From: Candidatus Dormiibacterota bacterium
GTDB taxonomy: Bacteria; Chloroflexota; Dormibacteria; Aeolococcales; Aeolococcaceae
Assembly: GCA_003153505.1 (NCBI GenBank)
Contig: PLZA01000067.1
Span: 5,229-69,228 of the forward strand
Direction: 5' to 3'
DNA: 64,000 bases
The position numbers and the translations under genes are program-made. Positions 38,719 to 48,495 of the stretch are shown in pieces. Position 1 is the first letter of the stretch; every line of letters begins with the position of its first letter. The notes beneath the pieces were generated by a model, which saw only the letters and a program-made list of their open reading frames with translations, did no database searches and was not told the origin of the DNA.

Positions 38719-40863
38719 TCAGACCCAACTGTGCGTGCCGACGCAGACGGAGAGGGTTCGCGTGAGGAAGTCCAATTCCAGCTTCAGCAGGTTCTCCGCT
38801 ACCACGGGTTGCGGTGTCATATGCGTCACACCCGATAGGACGATCATGCTGTACGGCCGCCCTGCGGCTAGCAGCGCCGCCGCGAACCGAAGACTGTGGC
38901 CGATGACGACGTTGTCATCGGCCAAGCCGTGAACGATTAGCAGCGGACGCTCGAGCTTCGACGCCTCGCCGATTAGGGAGCAGCGGTCGTAGTTCTCGGG
39001 ATATTGGTTCGGGTCCCCAAGGTACCGCTCTTTGAAGTGGGTGTCGTACAGCCGAGCGTCCGAGTCGGGGGCGCCCGCGACAGCCGCGTGGAAGACGTCC
39101 GGCCGCCGCAATACCGCGGCGATTGACATAAAGCCGCCGAACGACCAGCCACGCATCGCCACTCGAGACAGATCGAGGTCCGCGTTCTCAGCGGCCAGCG
39201 CTTGAAGTGCATTGACCTGATCGGCCAGCGGCAGGCTCAGCGTGTCTCCCTTGATGCTCCGCTCCCACGCCAGTCCGCGGGCTGGCGTGCCGTGGCCATC
39301 TGTCACCACGACTGCGAATCCTTGGTCGGCGAACCACTGAGAGACTAGGTATCGCTCGCGCGAGGCAAGGACCCGTTGGCTCGATGGACCGCCGTAGGGA
39401 TCAAGCAGTACCGGCAACGCCCTGCTGCCGGGCACGTGCGACGAAGGCCACAGGACGGCGCACCGCAACTGATCGGGCCCAACCCGACTGATCACGATGT
39501 CAGGCTGGACGACTGGCGTCTCGGCAACCGACTCGATGTGTCCCACTTCCTCCGATCCCCGCCACACGCGGAACGTGGCGCCAGGGGCATCGAGTGAACG
39601 GGTCGTAACGATGGTGATGCCCGCGCCGCGTTGCCCATTGTGGACAGCCGGACCGTCCGCGACCCGAGTCAGGCCATCGGCCGCCGACCAGGTCCAGAGT
39701 TGGATCTCGGTGGGCTCCTCCGACGCGCTGAACAAGACGGCGTCGCCGTCGACATCGAGAACGGCTCGCAGCTCGAGTCCTGGCGGTGTCACGACCGTTT
39801 GCTCGATGAACAGCCGGCGGCTGCCGTCCCGGTCGACCGACCAGACGAGGTCTCCAGAGCTGGTGACGGCGGGCACACCAGGCACGATGTGCACCCAATC
39901 GTCGTCGTTCTCGGCACGGCGCAGATGGGTCGAGCCCGTCGCCGGATCCGCCTGGAGCACCTGCAGACGACGCTGCGCCCGATCCTCGACCAGAAGAAGT
40001 AGGACCCGCTCGGACCATGTGACAGCGACGAGGTACTCGAACTCGACGGAGTCCCACTCGACCGCAATCCGCGAGCCGTCAAGGGCCATCAACCACAGTG
40101 ATACGGCAGCATTCGGAGTACCGACTGCGGGGTAGGCTATCCGTTGCGGCGGGGTCGTCGGTTCGATTGGGTCGCAGATGTAGTAGTGCGACACTTTTGA
40201 AGTGTCCACCCTGGCGACGAGCAACTGCTTGCCGTCGGGTGACCACCAGTAGCCCCTGGTCCGGCCCATCTCCTCGGCCGCTATGAACTCGGCGGTCGCC
40301 CACTCCACATCGGGGTCGTCGCTCTCGACGAGGGACCGGTCGGCTGACCCGTCAACGTTGATCAGCCGTAGTCCGCCAGCAGAAACATAGGACACGACTT
40401 GGCCGGCCGGATCAAGCCGGGGGTCATAGACTGGGCCGCGAGCGGGCAGCTCCCGCACCTCGCCGGACACCGCGTCGGCCAGCCACAGCCGCCCATCCAA
40501 GCTGAACACCACGGCGCGGGCACTGCCGTCAGTCGCGTAGCTTGAGATGCCTTCTGAGAACTCCCGGGTCCGTTCCCGCCTCGCTAGCTCAGGCGCCGGC
40601 AGCCTCTCCGTCGTAGCCCCGAGCAGATCGTTTGGATCGACGAGAACCCGAGCCGAGCCATCCGCCACCTCCAGACGCCACAAGCACTTCACGGGATCCC
40701 TTCCGGTGCGAGTTCGCAGGAACAGCACCGCCGTGCCATCGGGGCAAATGTGGAAATCCCGAGGTACGCCCAGTGTGAATTGGCGAGTGCGGGCGTACTG
40801 GCTGGGAAAGCCCAATGGTGCCGCCGGTGGCGCAGAGGCAACTGGACTCGCGGTCAGCGGCAT
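38719..40863 (-). CDS. S9B dipeptidyl-peptidase IV-like protease
   Basis: DPPIV_N 'EFIAAEEM..TRGYWWSPDG', 'YGGP', GWSFGG (catalytic Ser), 'HGLADDNV', 'VTHM'. Confidence 0.93.
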   Translation of the reverse strand: MPLTASPVASAPPAAPLGFPSQYARTRQFTLGVPRDFHICPDGTAVLFLRTRTGRDPVKCLWRLEVADGSARVLVDPNDLLGATTERLPAPELARRERTREFSEGISSYATDGSARAVVFSLDGRLWLADAVSGEVRELPARGPVYDPRLDPAGQVVSYVSAGGLRLINVDGSADRSLVESDDPDVEWATAEFIAAEEMGRTRGYWWSPDGKQLLVARVDTSKVSHYYICDPIEPTTPPQRIAYPAVGTPNAAVSLWLMALDGSRIAVEWDSVEFEYLVAVTWSERVLLLLVEDRAQRRLQVLQADPATGSTHLRRAENDDDWVHIVPGVPAVTSSGDLVWSVDRDGSRRLFIEQTVVTPPGLELRAVLDVDGDAVLFSASEEPTEIQLWTWSAADGLTRVADGPAVHNGQRGAGITIVTTRSLDAPGATFRVWRGSEEVGHIESVAETPVVQPDIVISRVGPDQLRCAVLWPSSHVPGSRALPVLLDPYGGPSSQRVLASRERYLVSQWFADQGFAVVVTDGHGTPARGLAWERSIKGDTLSLPLADQVNALQALAAENADLDLSRVAMRGWSFGGFMSIAAVLRRPDVFHAAVAGAPDSDARLYDTHFKERYLGDPNQYPENYDRCSLIGEASKLERPLLIVHGLADDNVVIGHSLRFAAALLAAGRPYSMIVLSGVTHMTPQPVVAENLLKLELDFLTRTLSVCVGTHSWV

Positions 40864-40867
40864 GTCA

Positions 40868-42676
40868 CTAATAGGACCAGTCCTCCGGGTTGAACAGGTT
40901 GAAGACATTCTGCGGAATGACACCCTTCAGCGAGGAATTGACGACGGTCACCGCACCGACCGCATTCGGCAGCCAAATCCACGGGAGCTCGCTCGCCACG
41001 TAGTTCTGGTAATTCGTGAGCGTGCCGGGGGCATTGGAGTAAAGGGTCTCGTTGATGAGACTGGTCGTCGTTGGATCGTTCCAGCTACCCGCATTCGATG
41101 CGGCGCCAGGAAGGAACATAGTTTCGCCGGTCGGGATGCCGCTGTAGCCGTCACGACCATAGTCCAGGAGCTGCCACGAGCAGTCTGGGGGGCAAGCGCC
41201 CGTTGCGAAGACTGTGTCCGCGGGAGCGCCCTTCAACTCGAACACGACGCCGGCCTGGCCGGCGACCGACTTCAGGACCTGTGCCTGCTGGCTGATCGCG
41301 AAGTCGCTCGAGTTGTACAGGAACGAGAAGCTCAAGGTCTGGTTCGCGGCCACACCCGCGCCGCACTCGTCGGCGGCAGTGCCTGGTCGGACGCACCTGT
41401 CGGCATCAGAGGTCGTGAGCGACCAGCCGTGGCTGCTCAGCAACGTCTTCGCCGCGGCAAGGTTGAAGCGGAACGGGTAGTTCTTCTCGTACGACGAGAC
41501 GAACGGGTTGTCCGGTTGGAGCGGCACCGGTCCTTGAGTCGGGTACGCGTATCCGGCGTACACAGTCTTGATGAGCTGGTCCTGCGGGACCAACATCTCA
41601 AGCACCTGCCGGATGTAGGTCTGGCGGAGCACCGGCCCAACCGTCGGGTTCTGAAGGTTGGGTACGTAATAGGCGATGCCCCAGGCGTCCTGGCCGACGA
41701 CGGTGTCGCCGGACTTCTGTAGCCTGCTGACGGCGTTCACATCACTCGGTGGGATATATCCGACGTCAATCTGGCCGGAGAGCACGGCGGCAAACTCCGA
41801 GGCATCGCTGGTGAACGGAACCTCAGTGAGCCGGGAAACCTTCGCCTTGTCCGCGCCCAAGTAGTTCGCGTTCGGAGTGAAGGATGCGTGGCCGTCCCGG
41901 CTGTACGCCGACAGCTTCCAAGGTCCGTCGACGGTCGTCCACAGCGGATTCGTCGCGTAGGTGTCGAGGTCCTTGGACTGCCCATCTAGGTAAGCGAACA
42001 CCGCCCGTGCGCCCGCCGGCGTCTGGTCAGTGTCGCCGATCGGGCCCGTGGCGCTGGTCTTGTCCCAGGCGTGCTGCGGAATCGGAGATATCGACGTCAG
42101 CTCGTTCCACGTAAACCACTGTTGGTTATAGTTGCGATCCAATTGCAGAATTATAGTGTGAGTGTCCTTAATCTGATACGACACAATGTCACTCGGGAAT
42201 GCGGTAGGTACATACCAGCAGTCCTGCGTTGCGTTTGCTTTCACTAGGTTCAGATAGAAGGCAATGTCGCGGCTCGTAATCGGCTGCCCGTCCGACCATT
42301 TCGCGGGCTTCAGGGTGATGGTGACCGTCTTGTCGCCGTACGTGATACCTGACTCCATGCTCTTGCCGGAGTCGATCTTCAGTTGCTGACCGTGGCCGAG
42401 CCAGACCAGTGGCCGCCACATCATGTACTCGAACTCGGGCAGGTTGGCGGTCGTGCAGTTGCTCGGCGGCAGCAGCGGGAAAATGTAGTTCGGCGCCGAC
42501 CCGGGTTGCTCGGCGAAGGCTACAGTGTTCGCTTTCGCGCCGGTGGATTTGTTCCCCCCTGACGAATTCGTGCACCCCGTGACCAGGACGACGACCATTA
42601 GGACGGCCGCGAGTGCTCCACGCCGGCGCATCACGCGTAGGCCCCTGCGTCTCCCGATTACGTCGCTGCTACCCAT
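40868..42676 (-). CDS. Peptide ABC substrate-binding lipoprotein (OppA-like, SBP family 5)
   Basis: Lipobox VTGC, 'KWSDGQPITSRD', 'VDGPWKL', 'ELPWIWLP'. Confidence 0.92.
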   Translation of the reverse strand: MGSSDVIGRRRGLRVMRRRGALAAVLMVVVLVTGCTNSSGGNKSTGAKANTVAFAEQPGSAPNYIFPLLPPSNCTTANLPEFEYMMWRPLVWLGHGQQLKIDSGKSMESGITYGDKTVTITLKPAKWSDGQPITSRDIAFYLNLVKANATQDCWYVPTAFPSDIVSYQIKDTHTIILQLDRNYNQQWFTWNELTSISPIPQHAWDKTSATGPIGDTDQTPAGARAVFAYLDGQSKDLDTYATNPLWTTVDGPWKLSAYSRDGHASFTPNANYLGADKAKVSRLTEVPFTSDASEFAAVLSGQIDVGYIPPSDVNAVSRLQKSGDTVVGQDAWGIAYYVPNLQNPTVGPVLRQTYIRQVLEMLVPQDQLIKTVYAGYAYPTQGPVPLQPDNPFVSSYEKNYPFRFNLAAAKTLLSSHGWSLTTSDADRCVRPGTAADECGAGVAANQTLSFSFLYNSSDFAISQQAQVLKSVAGQAGVVFELKGAPADTVFATGACPPDCSWQLLDYGRDGYSGIPTGETMFLPGAASNAGSWNDPTTTSLINETLYSNAPGTLTNYQNYVASELPWIWLPNAVGAVTVVNSSLKGVIPQNVFNLFNPEDWSY

Positions 42677-42761
42677 TTCGCCCGCTCCCGTACTTTGAGT
42701 GACCGCCTGTCGCAAGCGGCTGGATCCAGAGAGCATCCCACCCGGATCCAAGTCGTGTCAA

Positions 42762-44226
42762 GGGGTTGTCCGAACGGTCGTGGAATTTGAGGTGACGGTC
42801 CCCCGCGAGGCCTCTGCGTAGCAGAGACTCCGGGGAACTCAAAACCACCGACCCACGGAGGACCGTCACATGGGAACGTACCACCGCGGCCTGGACGTGG
42901 TCACGCCCAGCAGCGCGAAGCAGCTGGCAGCGCGGCGCACATGCCGGAGCACGTCACCGTCGCCATGGATGACCTCGCCGGCGCCTGCCGTGAAGGCTTG
43001 CTCGCGCTCGCCGTCGGGGCTGGTCTGCAGGTGATGCACACCCTGATCGAGGAGAGTGTCATCGCCGTCGCCGGACCCAAGGGCAAGCATGACCGCGATC
43101 GCCAGGTGACCCGTCATGGCACCGAGGATGGCGCCGTCACCCTGGGTGGCCGGCGTGTCCCCATCCGCCGTCCCCGGGTCCGCACCATCGACGGCAGCGC
43201 CGAGGTGTCGGTCCCGGCCTATGACCTGTTCGCCTCGCGCGACCTGCTCAACCGGATGGCTCTGGAGCGCATGCTCGCCGGGCTCTCGACGCGGCGCTAC
43301 CCGGCGGGCTTGGAGCCAGTGGGCAGCGAGGTCGAGGCCGCGGCCAGGGGCACCAAGAAGAGCGCGGTCAGCCGCCGTTACGTGGCCATGACCCGCACCG
43401 CGCTGTACGAGCTGATGGCCCGCCCGCTCGAGGCGCTGCGTCCAGTGGTGCTGATGATCGATGGCGAACACGTCGCCGATCACCTGTGCGTGGTTGCTCT
43501 GGTGATCGATGCCGATGGCAACAAGATCCCGGTCGGGCTGGTCGAGGGAGCGACCGAGAACGGCACCGTGGTCAAGGACCTGCTCGAGGACCTGGTGGCC
43601 CGCGGGCTCAACGTCAGCGGCGGCATCCTGGTCGTCATCGACGGCTCGCGCGCCCTGGCTGCGGCGGCGCGACGCGTCTTCGGCACGCGCGCCCTGGTGC
43701 ATCGCTGCCAAGTCCACAAGACTCGAAATGTGCTCGACCACCTGCCCAAGGAGAAGCACGGGTTCGTGGAGCGCAAGCTGCGCGCCGCCTACCAGCTCGA
43801 CGACCCCGAGCGAGCGCAGCGGGAGCTCACCGCCCTGGCCACGTCGCTGGAGCGGACCCATCCTGACGCCGCGGCCAGCCTCCGCGAAGGCCTGGCGGAG
43901 ACGCTCACGGTGAACCGACTGCAGCTGAGTCCGACCCTGCAGCGCACCCTGCGCACGACCAACTGCATCGAGTCGATGATCAGCATCTGCCGCACCACGG
44001 CGCGCAACGTCAAGCGCTGGCGCGACGGCGAGATGGCCTTGCGCTGGGTGGCTGATGGCATGAGCGAGGCACAGAAGCAGTTCCGCCGCGTCAAGGGCCA
44101 CCGCGACCTGCCACTGGTCGCCGCCGCCCTCACCCGTCACCTTGAAGATGTCAGACTTGACAAGAACACCAAGGCCGCGTAGCATGCATCACGTCACCGA
44201 ACATCCACGACGGAAGGGACATCCCC
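42762..44226 (+). mobile_element. IS256-family insertion sequence
   Basis: Imperfect terminal inverted repeats GGGGTTGTCC..GTCGTGGA..GGTGACG / CGTCACC..TCCACGAC..GGACATCCCC; no flanking target duplication seen. Confidence 0.92.
42941..44182 (+). CDS. IS256 (Mutator) transposase
   Basis: 'GLSTRRY', 'LMIDG', 'VVIDG', 'HRCQVHK.RN', 'RTTNCIES'. Confidence 0.95.
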   Translation: MPEHVTVAMDDLAGACREGLLALAVGAGLQVMHTLIEESVIAVAGPKGKHDRDRQVTRHGTEDGAVTLGGRRVPIRRPRVRTIDGSAEVSVPAYDLFASRDLLNRMALERMLAGLSTRRYPAGLEPVGSEVEAAARGTKKSAVSRRYVAMTRTALYELMARPLEALRPVVLMIDGEHVADHLCVVALVIDADGNKIPVGLVEGATENGTVVKDLLEDLVARGLNVSGGILVVIDGSRALAAAARRVFGTRALVHRCQVHKTRNVLDHLPKEKHGFVERKLRAAYQLDDPERAQRELTALATSLERTHPDAAASLREGLAETLTVNRLQLSPTLQRTLRTTNCIESMISICRTTARNVKRWRDGEMALRWVADGMSEAQKQFRRVKGHRDLPLVAAALTRHLEDVRLDKNTKAA

Positions 44227-45077
44227 GGCATACACAGTGACCTCACATACCTACGCGACCGTCTAACGGTTGCAAGAGACCTCCTGACCGATTCGGGCTC
44301 GGTTTTCGTACAAATCGGTGAAGAGAACATCCATCGCATCCGGCCCCTTATGGATGAGGTTTTTGGTGAGCCGAACTTCGTCAATACGATCGTCTTCAAG
44401 AAGAAGAGTGCGACCTACTCAACCGAGACCGTCTTCGATTACCTGGTTTGGTATTGCCGAAATAGAGAGTTGATCAAGGTGCGAGACCTCTATGAGCCGC
44501 GGTCGGCACCCGAGGGCGAAACAAAGTTCAACACCATAGTGACCCCGGACCTGGTGTTTCACAATGTGGCGTAACTCGGGGCGTCGGAAGCCGAGGCGTT
44601 GGTGAGGAGTGGCGGGGAATGGGCGCGGGTGAATTATCCCATTGTGAGCCAACATCCAAGCGACACTCGCAGCAAGGACTTCCCTTTTCGCGGCAAGATG
44701 AAACAATGCGGCACCAACAAGCAGTGGCGATTCGGGCCCGAAGATGGTCTGCTGCGACTGGAGAAGGCAGATAGGCTCTTTGATGGAGGTGGCGTCTCGC
44801 TCGGAGGCGTCGTTTTCTGGAGGGACTGGAATCAGGTAGCCCGATCCAACATCTGGGCTGACATGCACGGCGAGAAATTCCCAACGTACGTAGTTCAGAC
44901 AGCCACCGCGGCCGTACAACGTTGCATTCTAATGTGCACCGACCCAGGTGACCTTGTCCTCGATCCGATCTGCGGGTCGGGAACCACGGCATTCGTGTCC
45001 GAGCAGTGGGGTCGTCGCTGGATCACCGTTGATACCTCGCGTGTGGCGTTGGCGCTCGCTCGCGCGCGCATCATGGG
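44227..45077 (+). pseudogene. Type III restriction-modification Mod (N6-adenine MTase) fragment
   Basis: 'GIHSDLTYLRDRL...SGSVFVQIGEEN', 'RCILMCTDPGDLVLDPICGSGTT', 'GRRWITVDTSRVALALAR'; in-frame TAA at 44572; cut by IS256 and IS3. Confidence 0.88.
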
Positions 45078-45237
45078 TCACCGAGGCCTACGCTTCCCAT
45101 CCAGAACGCTTCGTTCGCGTCATGCCGCAGCCGCCGATGCTGCCAACCGCCGTCTGGATCAACCCACCCGAGCAGGAGGTGACGAAAACTCACTAATTAC
45201 CCGACCCGAGTTGTCTCAAAGGGGTTGACAAGTTCCG
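45078..45237 (+). mobile_element. IS3-family right-end remnant
   Basis: OrfB tail 'AYASHPERFVRVMPQPPMLPTAVWINPP' and end TGTCTCAAAGGGGTTGACAAGTTCCG. Confidence 0.8.
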
Positions 45238-45692
45238 GCATCCTCGCCGCTGGCGCGATGGTGTCCAAGCTGCTCTGGCCGACACCGGCGGACCAGAACA
45301 TCGACTGCACACTTTTGAGCGACGAGGACGAACAGGCACGGCAGCGAACTCTGGCCCGCGGCAAGAGACTGCGCACCGAACTGAAGATCAAGGGTATTCC
45401 TATTCTTGAGAGTCGAAAGGTCCGAAATGCTTTCGAGCACTTCGACGAGCGCCTCGACCGCTACCTCCTCGACCAAGGGAGCCGCTTCATCGGCGACAGG
45501 AATATCGGGCCCAAAGGACCGATCGTGCAGATCGGCGGCAAGCTCCCACCGTTTCTCCGCCATATCGATCCGCACGCCGGGACCGTATCCGTCCTTGACG
45601 AGGAGGTCGACTACCGGGAACTGTCTCGCGCAATCGCGGACGTTTCAGCCCGAGCATCCGAATGGCTGGGTCAGTTTCATAACGCACGATAA
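45238..45692 (+). pseudogene. 5'-truncated HEPN-like protein
   Basis: Helical sequence with an RxxxxH motif 'VRNAFEHFDER'; begins at the IS3 end. Confidence 0.5.
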
Positions 45693-45706
45693 GAGGACGG
45701 GTCACC

Positions 45707-46816
45707 TTGCCCAGCGAATATGTGCACCGGCAAGCCTGGGGCGTCGAGTTGCGATCGATTCGGGCCAACCGCCCGAAGCGAGCGCAGACGGGCGCGCGCG
45801 CTCAGACTTTTGGGGCGGCGCTCGAACAGGCGGAGCAACTCTGGCGTGCCAGCGAAGCCGTTGGGACCATCGCCAGTCCGCTTCTATTGTTCTATGGGCT
45901 GACGCAGGCGGGTCGGGCGATATGTGCCGGCGGAACTCCTGGCAACGCTTGGCGACCCGCCGAGAGCCACGGCCTCGCATTCCAATTCACGCGCCCCGCT
46001 AACGGCGCCAACCTAGACCTCGCCACGGTGGTAGTAAAGCCGAGCGGCGACGGCCTGATACAACAGGTCGCCCGCATCCTGGATTCGCCAGTCCTCAGTG
46101 GTCCAGCCACACTATCCGCACTGCTTGGCTCACTCGACGCGAAGCTGTTGTTCAGCGGTAGCCAGGTCGCGGACCCCAAACCTCTTGAGGTGCACGAGTG
46201 GACGAAGAACCTCACGACACTTGGCACTACAGCCACGAAGAGCCTGTTCCTCGCGCCAGCGCCGGATCGCTTCGCTGCAAACACCAGACTTGTCGCGGCT
46301 GGTCCACAGAATCTCGAACACACAAGAATCATTCCGCCCACCGGTGAACAGATCGCGGAATGGTTGGACACCTATCCGACGCTCCGCGGCCTGGGGGTGC
46401 CCACGGAGGTCCTGGGACCAGAGCCATCGTTGGATAGGTCCGACCGCGGTGACTGGGTCATCAAGCTCATCTGGGATACAGACGCGTCGATGGCCGGTAT
46501 CACGCAGAGCGATTGGACGGTGGAGCACCTCGATGAGCTGTACTCCTACGAGTGGAACGGAACATCCGGCGTCGTTCTCCCGGCGGTGGCGGGAAACACC
46601 GAAGCCCACGACCTCGTCGTCGCGTGGTGGCTTGTCCTGTACTGCCTGTCGATGCTTGCGAGGTACTACCCGAAAGAGTGGACCGAGATACTGGACGTGG
46701 ACCGAAGTCCACTCGCCGTACCTATCGAACACGTCCTATCAGTTGCCTACGCGGCCGTTCCGGCTCTCATCGCCTTTCGGCTCCGCTTGCTTCGCGGCAT
46801 GCAGGATCGAAGGTGA
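45707..46816 (+). CDS. YaaC-like family protein
   Basis: 'SPLLLFYGLTQA', 'SHGL', 'YCLSMLARYYPKEW' are hallmarks of YaaC. Confidence 0.82.
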   Translation: MPSEYVHRQAWGVELRSIRANRPKRAQTGARAQTFGAALEQAEQLWRASEAVGTIASPLLLFYGLTQAGRAICAGGTPGNAWRPAESHGLAFQFTRPANGANLDLATVVVKPSGDGLIQQVARILDSPVLSGPATLSALLGSLDAKLLFSGSQVADPKPLEVHEWTKNLTTLGTTATKSLFLAPAPDRFAANTRLVAAGPQNLEHTRIIPPTGEQIAEWLDTYPTLRGLGVPTEVLGPEPSLDRSDRGDWVIKLIWDTDASMAGITQSDWTVEHLDELYSYEWNGTSGVVLPAVAGNTEAHDLVVAWWLVLYCLSMLARYYPKEWTEILDVDRSPLAVPIEHVLSVAYAAVPALIAFRLRLLRGMQDRR

Positions 46817-46951
46817 TCAAGGCGGCGTCGGCGAATGCGCCCGGTCGGACCTTCAAGGCGCGACAGTTTGCGCGCACGTCCGCCGCCACCGAGATCAACT
46901 ATCGTAAAGTGTAAGCGCTACGTGAGCGCCCGGGGCGTACACTCGATGTGC

Positions 46952-47206
46952 ATGGATCCTGCCTCCCGACTAGGCGAGACTTCCAAATCGCTGCTACTGA
47001 GCAAGGTTGCTGCGGCCCGGACTCTCAACGTTAGTGTTCGCCAGGTGACCCGGTTCGTCGCCAGCGGTCAGCTCGCGCCCATCAGGCTCGGACCGCGCCT
47101 GGTTCGGTTCACCCCCGCCGAGTTGGAAGCCTTCGTCGCGCGCCAGGCCGCATCGTCCCGGCCGCCGGAGTGGCCGGAGCTCGTGGGGCGACGGCGGCGG
47201 CGCTAG
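46952..47206 (+). CDS. Excisionase-like HTH protein
   Basis: 'LLLSKVAAARTLNVSVRQVTRFVASGQLAPIRLGPRLVRF...LEAFV'; immediately upstream of integrase 1. Confidence 0.85.
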   Translation: MDPASRLGETSKSLLLSKVAAARTLNVSVRQVTRFVASGQLAPIRLGPRLVRFTPAELEAFVARQAASSRPPEWPELVGRRRRR

Positions 47207-47220
47207 GATTCGGCTGACAA

Positions 47221-48414
47221 ATGGCGAAACAACGGAAGCGAGCGCGCCGAGGTACTGGGAGCCACCGCATATGGCGTGGACGGCATCAGATTCGCGTTGT
47301 CATTGCTGGGAGGCTTCGCAGCTTCTCAGCCGATACGCTGGCCGAGGCGCAGGCCCTGGCGGACGTAGCAGCGCATCAAGCGGAGGCGCCCAGCGTCGCA
47401 GCCTCACCGACCGTGCGCGACTGGCTTGCCGAGTGGCTGACCCGCAAGCGGGCGAGCGTGCGGCCACAGACGTACTTCGCGTATGAAGCGCACGCGCGCC
47501 TGCACATCGTTCCGGCGATCGGACACGTTCGACTCGACGCCCTCGCCCCGTCTCACATCGACACGCTGCACGCCGCACTTGCCCGCAGGGTTAGCGGTAC
47601 CACCGCCCATCACGTCCACATGACACTCAAGGCAGCGCTCAACGGTGCTGCCAAGCGTGGTCACCGCGTGTCAAAAGCGCTTGCCGCCGTCGATGCTCCA
47701 CGCCGCCGCCCCAAGGATATCGAGACGCTGAGCCGCGAGGAGGTTGATCGCCTCCTGAAAGCGGCGTATGGTGACCCGCTCGAAGCTCTCTACGTCCTTG
47801 CCGTGACCCTGGGTATGCGCGAAGGCGAGCTGCTCGGCTTGCGCTGGCAGCACGTGCACCTTGAGGCTCGTCGCCTGGTGGTTGCCACCAACGCGACGCG
47901 GGCCCTCGATGGATCTCGAGTCCTGACCGCTCCCAAGACTGCCGCAGGCAAGCGGACACTGTATTTGCCAAGCATCGCCGTCGATGCACTCGTCCGCACC
48001 CCCCGCGCCGGTGATCTGGTGTGGCCCAATTCCGATGGGCAGCCGATGCCCGCTCAAACCTTGTTCTCGCGGCGCTGGTTGCCGATGCGGAAAGCAGCCG
48101 GGATACGACCGGTCTCGTTCCATGCCCTTCGGCACACTGCGGCGACCCTGGCCCTCGAGGACGGCCAGCCACCGCACGTGGTGGCGGCCATGCTTGGCCA
48201 TGCCAGCGTGGCCACGACCCTGCGCCTTTACGCACACGTTACCCATGCCAGCACAGAGGCGTTGGTTGACGCGATCGACGCCCGCTACGGACCGCGCTTG
48301 CGCGTCCTCTCGGAGGAGCTATTGGCCCGGTATTGGCCCAGCGAAACCGAAATCGGCTCCACTGCAACGGAATCGGAGTGCCGAGAAAGGGACTCGAACC
48401 CTTACGCCGCTTGA
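47221..48414 (+). CDS. Tyrosine integrase 1
   Basis: Catalytic R (GMREGE), K (PKT), HxxR (HALRH), H (LGH) and Y (LYAH) all present. Confidence 0.95.
   Translation: MAKQRKRARRGTGSHRIWRGRHQIRVVIAGRLRSFSADTLAEAQALADVAAHQAEAPSVAASPTVRDWLAEWLTRKRASVRPQTYFAYEAHARLHIVPAIGHVRLDALAPSHIDTLHAALARRVSGTTAHHVHMTLKAALNGAAKRGHRVSKALAAVDAPRRRPKDIETLSREEVDRLLKAAYGDPLEALYVLAVTLGMREGELLGLRWQHVHLEARRLVVATNATRALDGSRVLTAPKTAAGKRTLYLPSIAVDALVRTPRAGDLVWPNSDGQPMPAQTLFSRRWLPMRKAAGIRPVSFHALRHTAATLALEDGQPPHVVAAMLGHASVATTLRLYAHVTHASTEALVDAIDARYGPRLRVLSEELLARYWPSETEIGSTATESECRERDSNPYAA
48378..48410 (-). other. 3' fragment of a tRNA-Leu-like gene (att core)
   Basis: Minus strand GCGGCGTAAGGGTTCGAGTCCCTTTCTCGGCAC has a T-arm and acceptor 3' strand; no D-arm or anticodon half upstream. 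Confidence 0.75.
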
Positions 48415-48495
48415 GCCTACGCTGCGCAAGGCATTGCTCAAGGGGGGCCGTGAATGGCAATCCTCATGGCTACAGCCGGCGCTTCGGTATCGTCC

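Noticed and set aside
48378..48410. attR of the tRNA-Ser(GGA) insertion
   Set aside because: The T-arm is similar (14/15) but the acceptor 3' strand TCTCGGCA differs from the Ser TCGCTCCG
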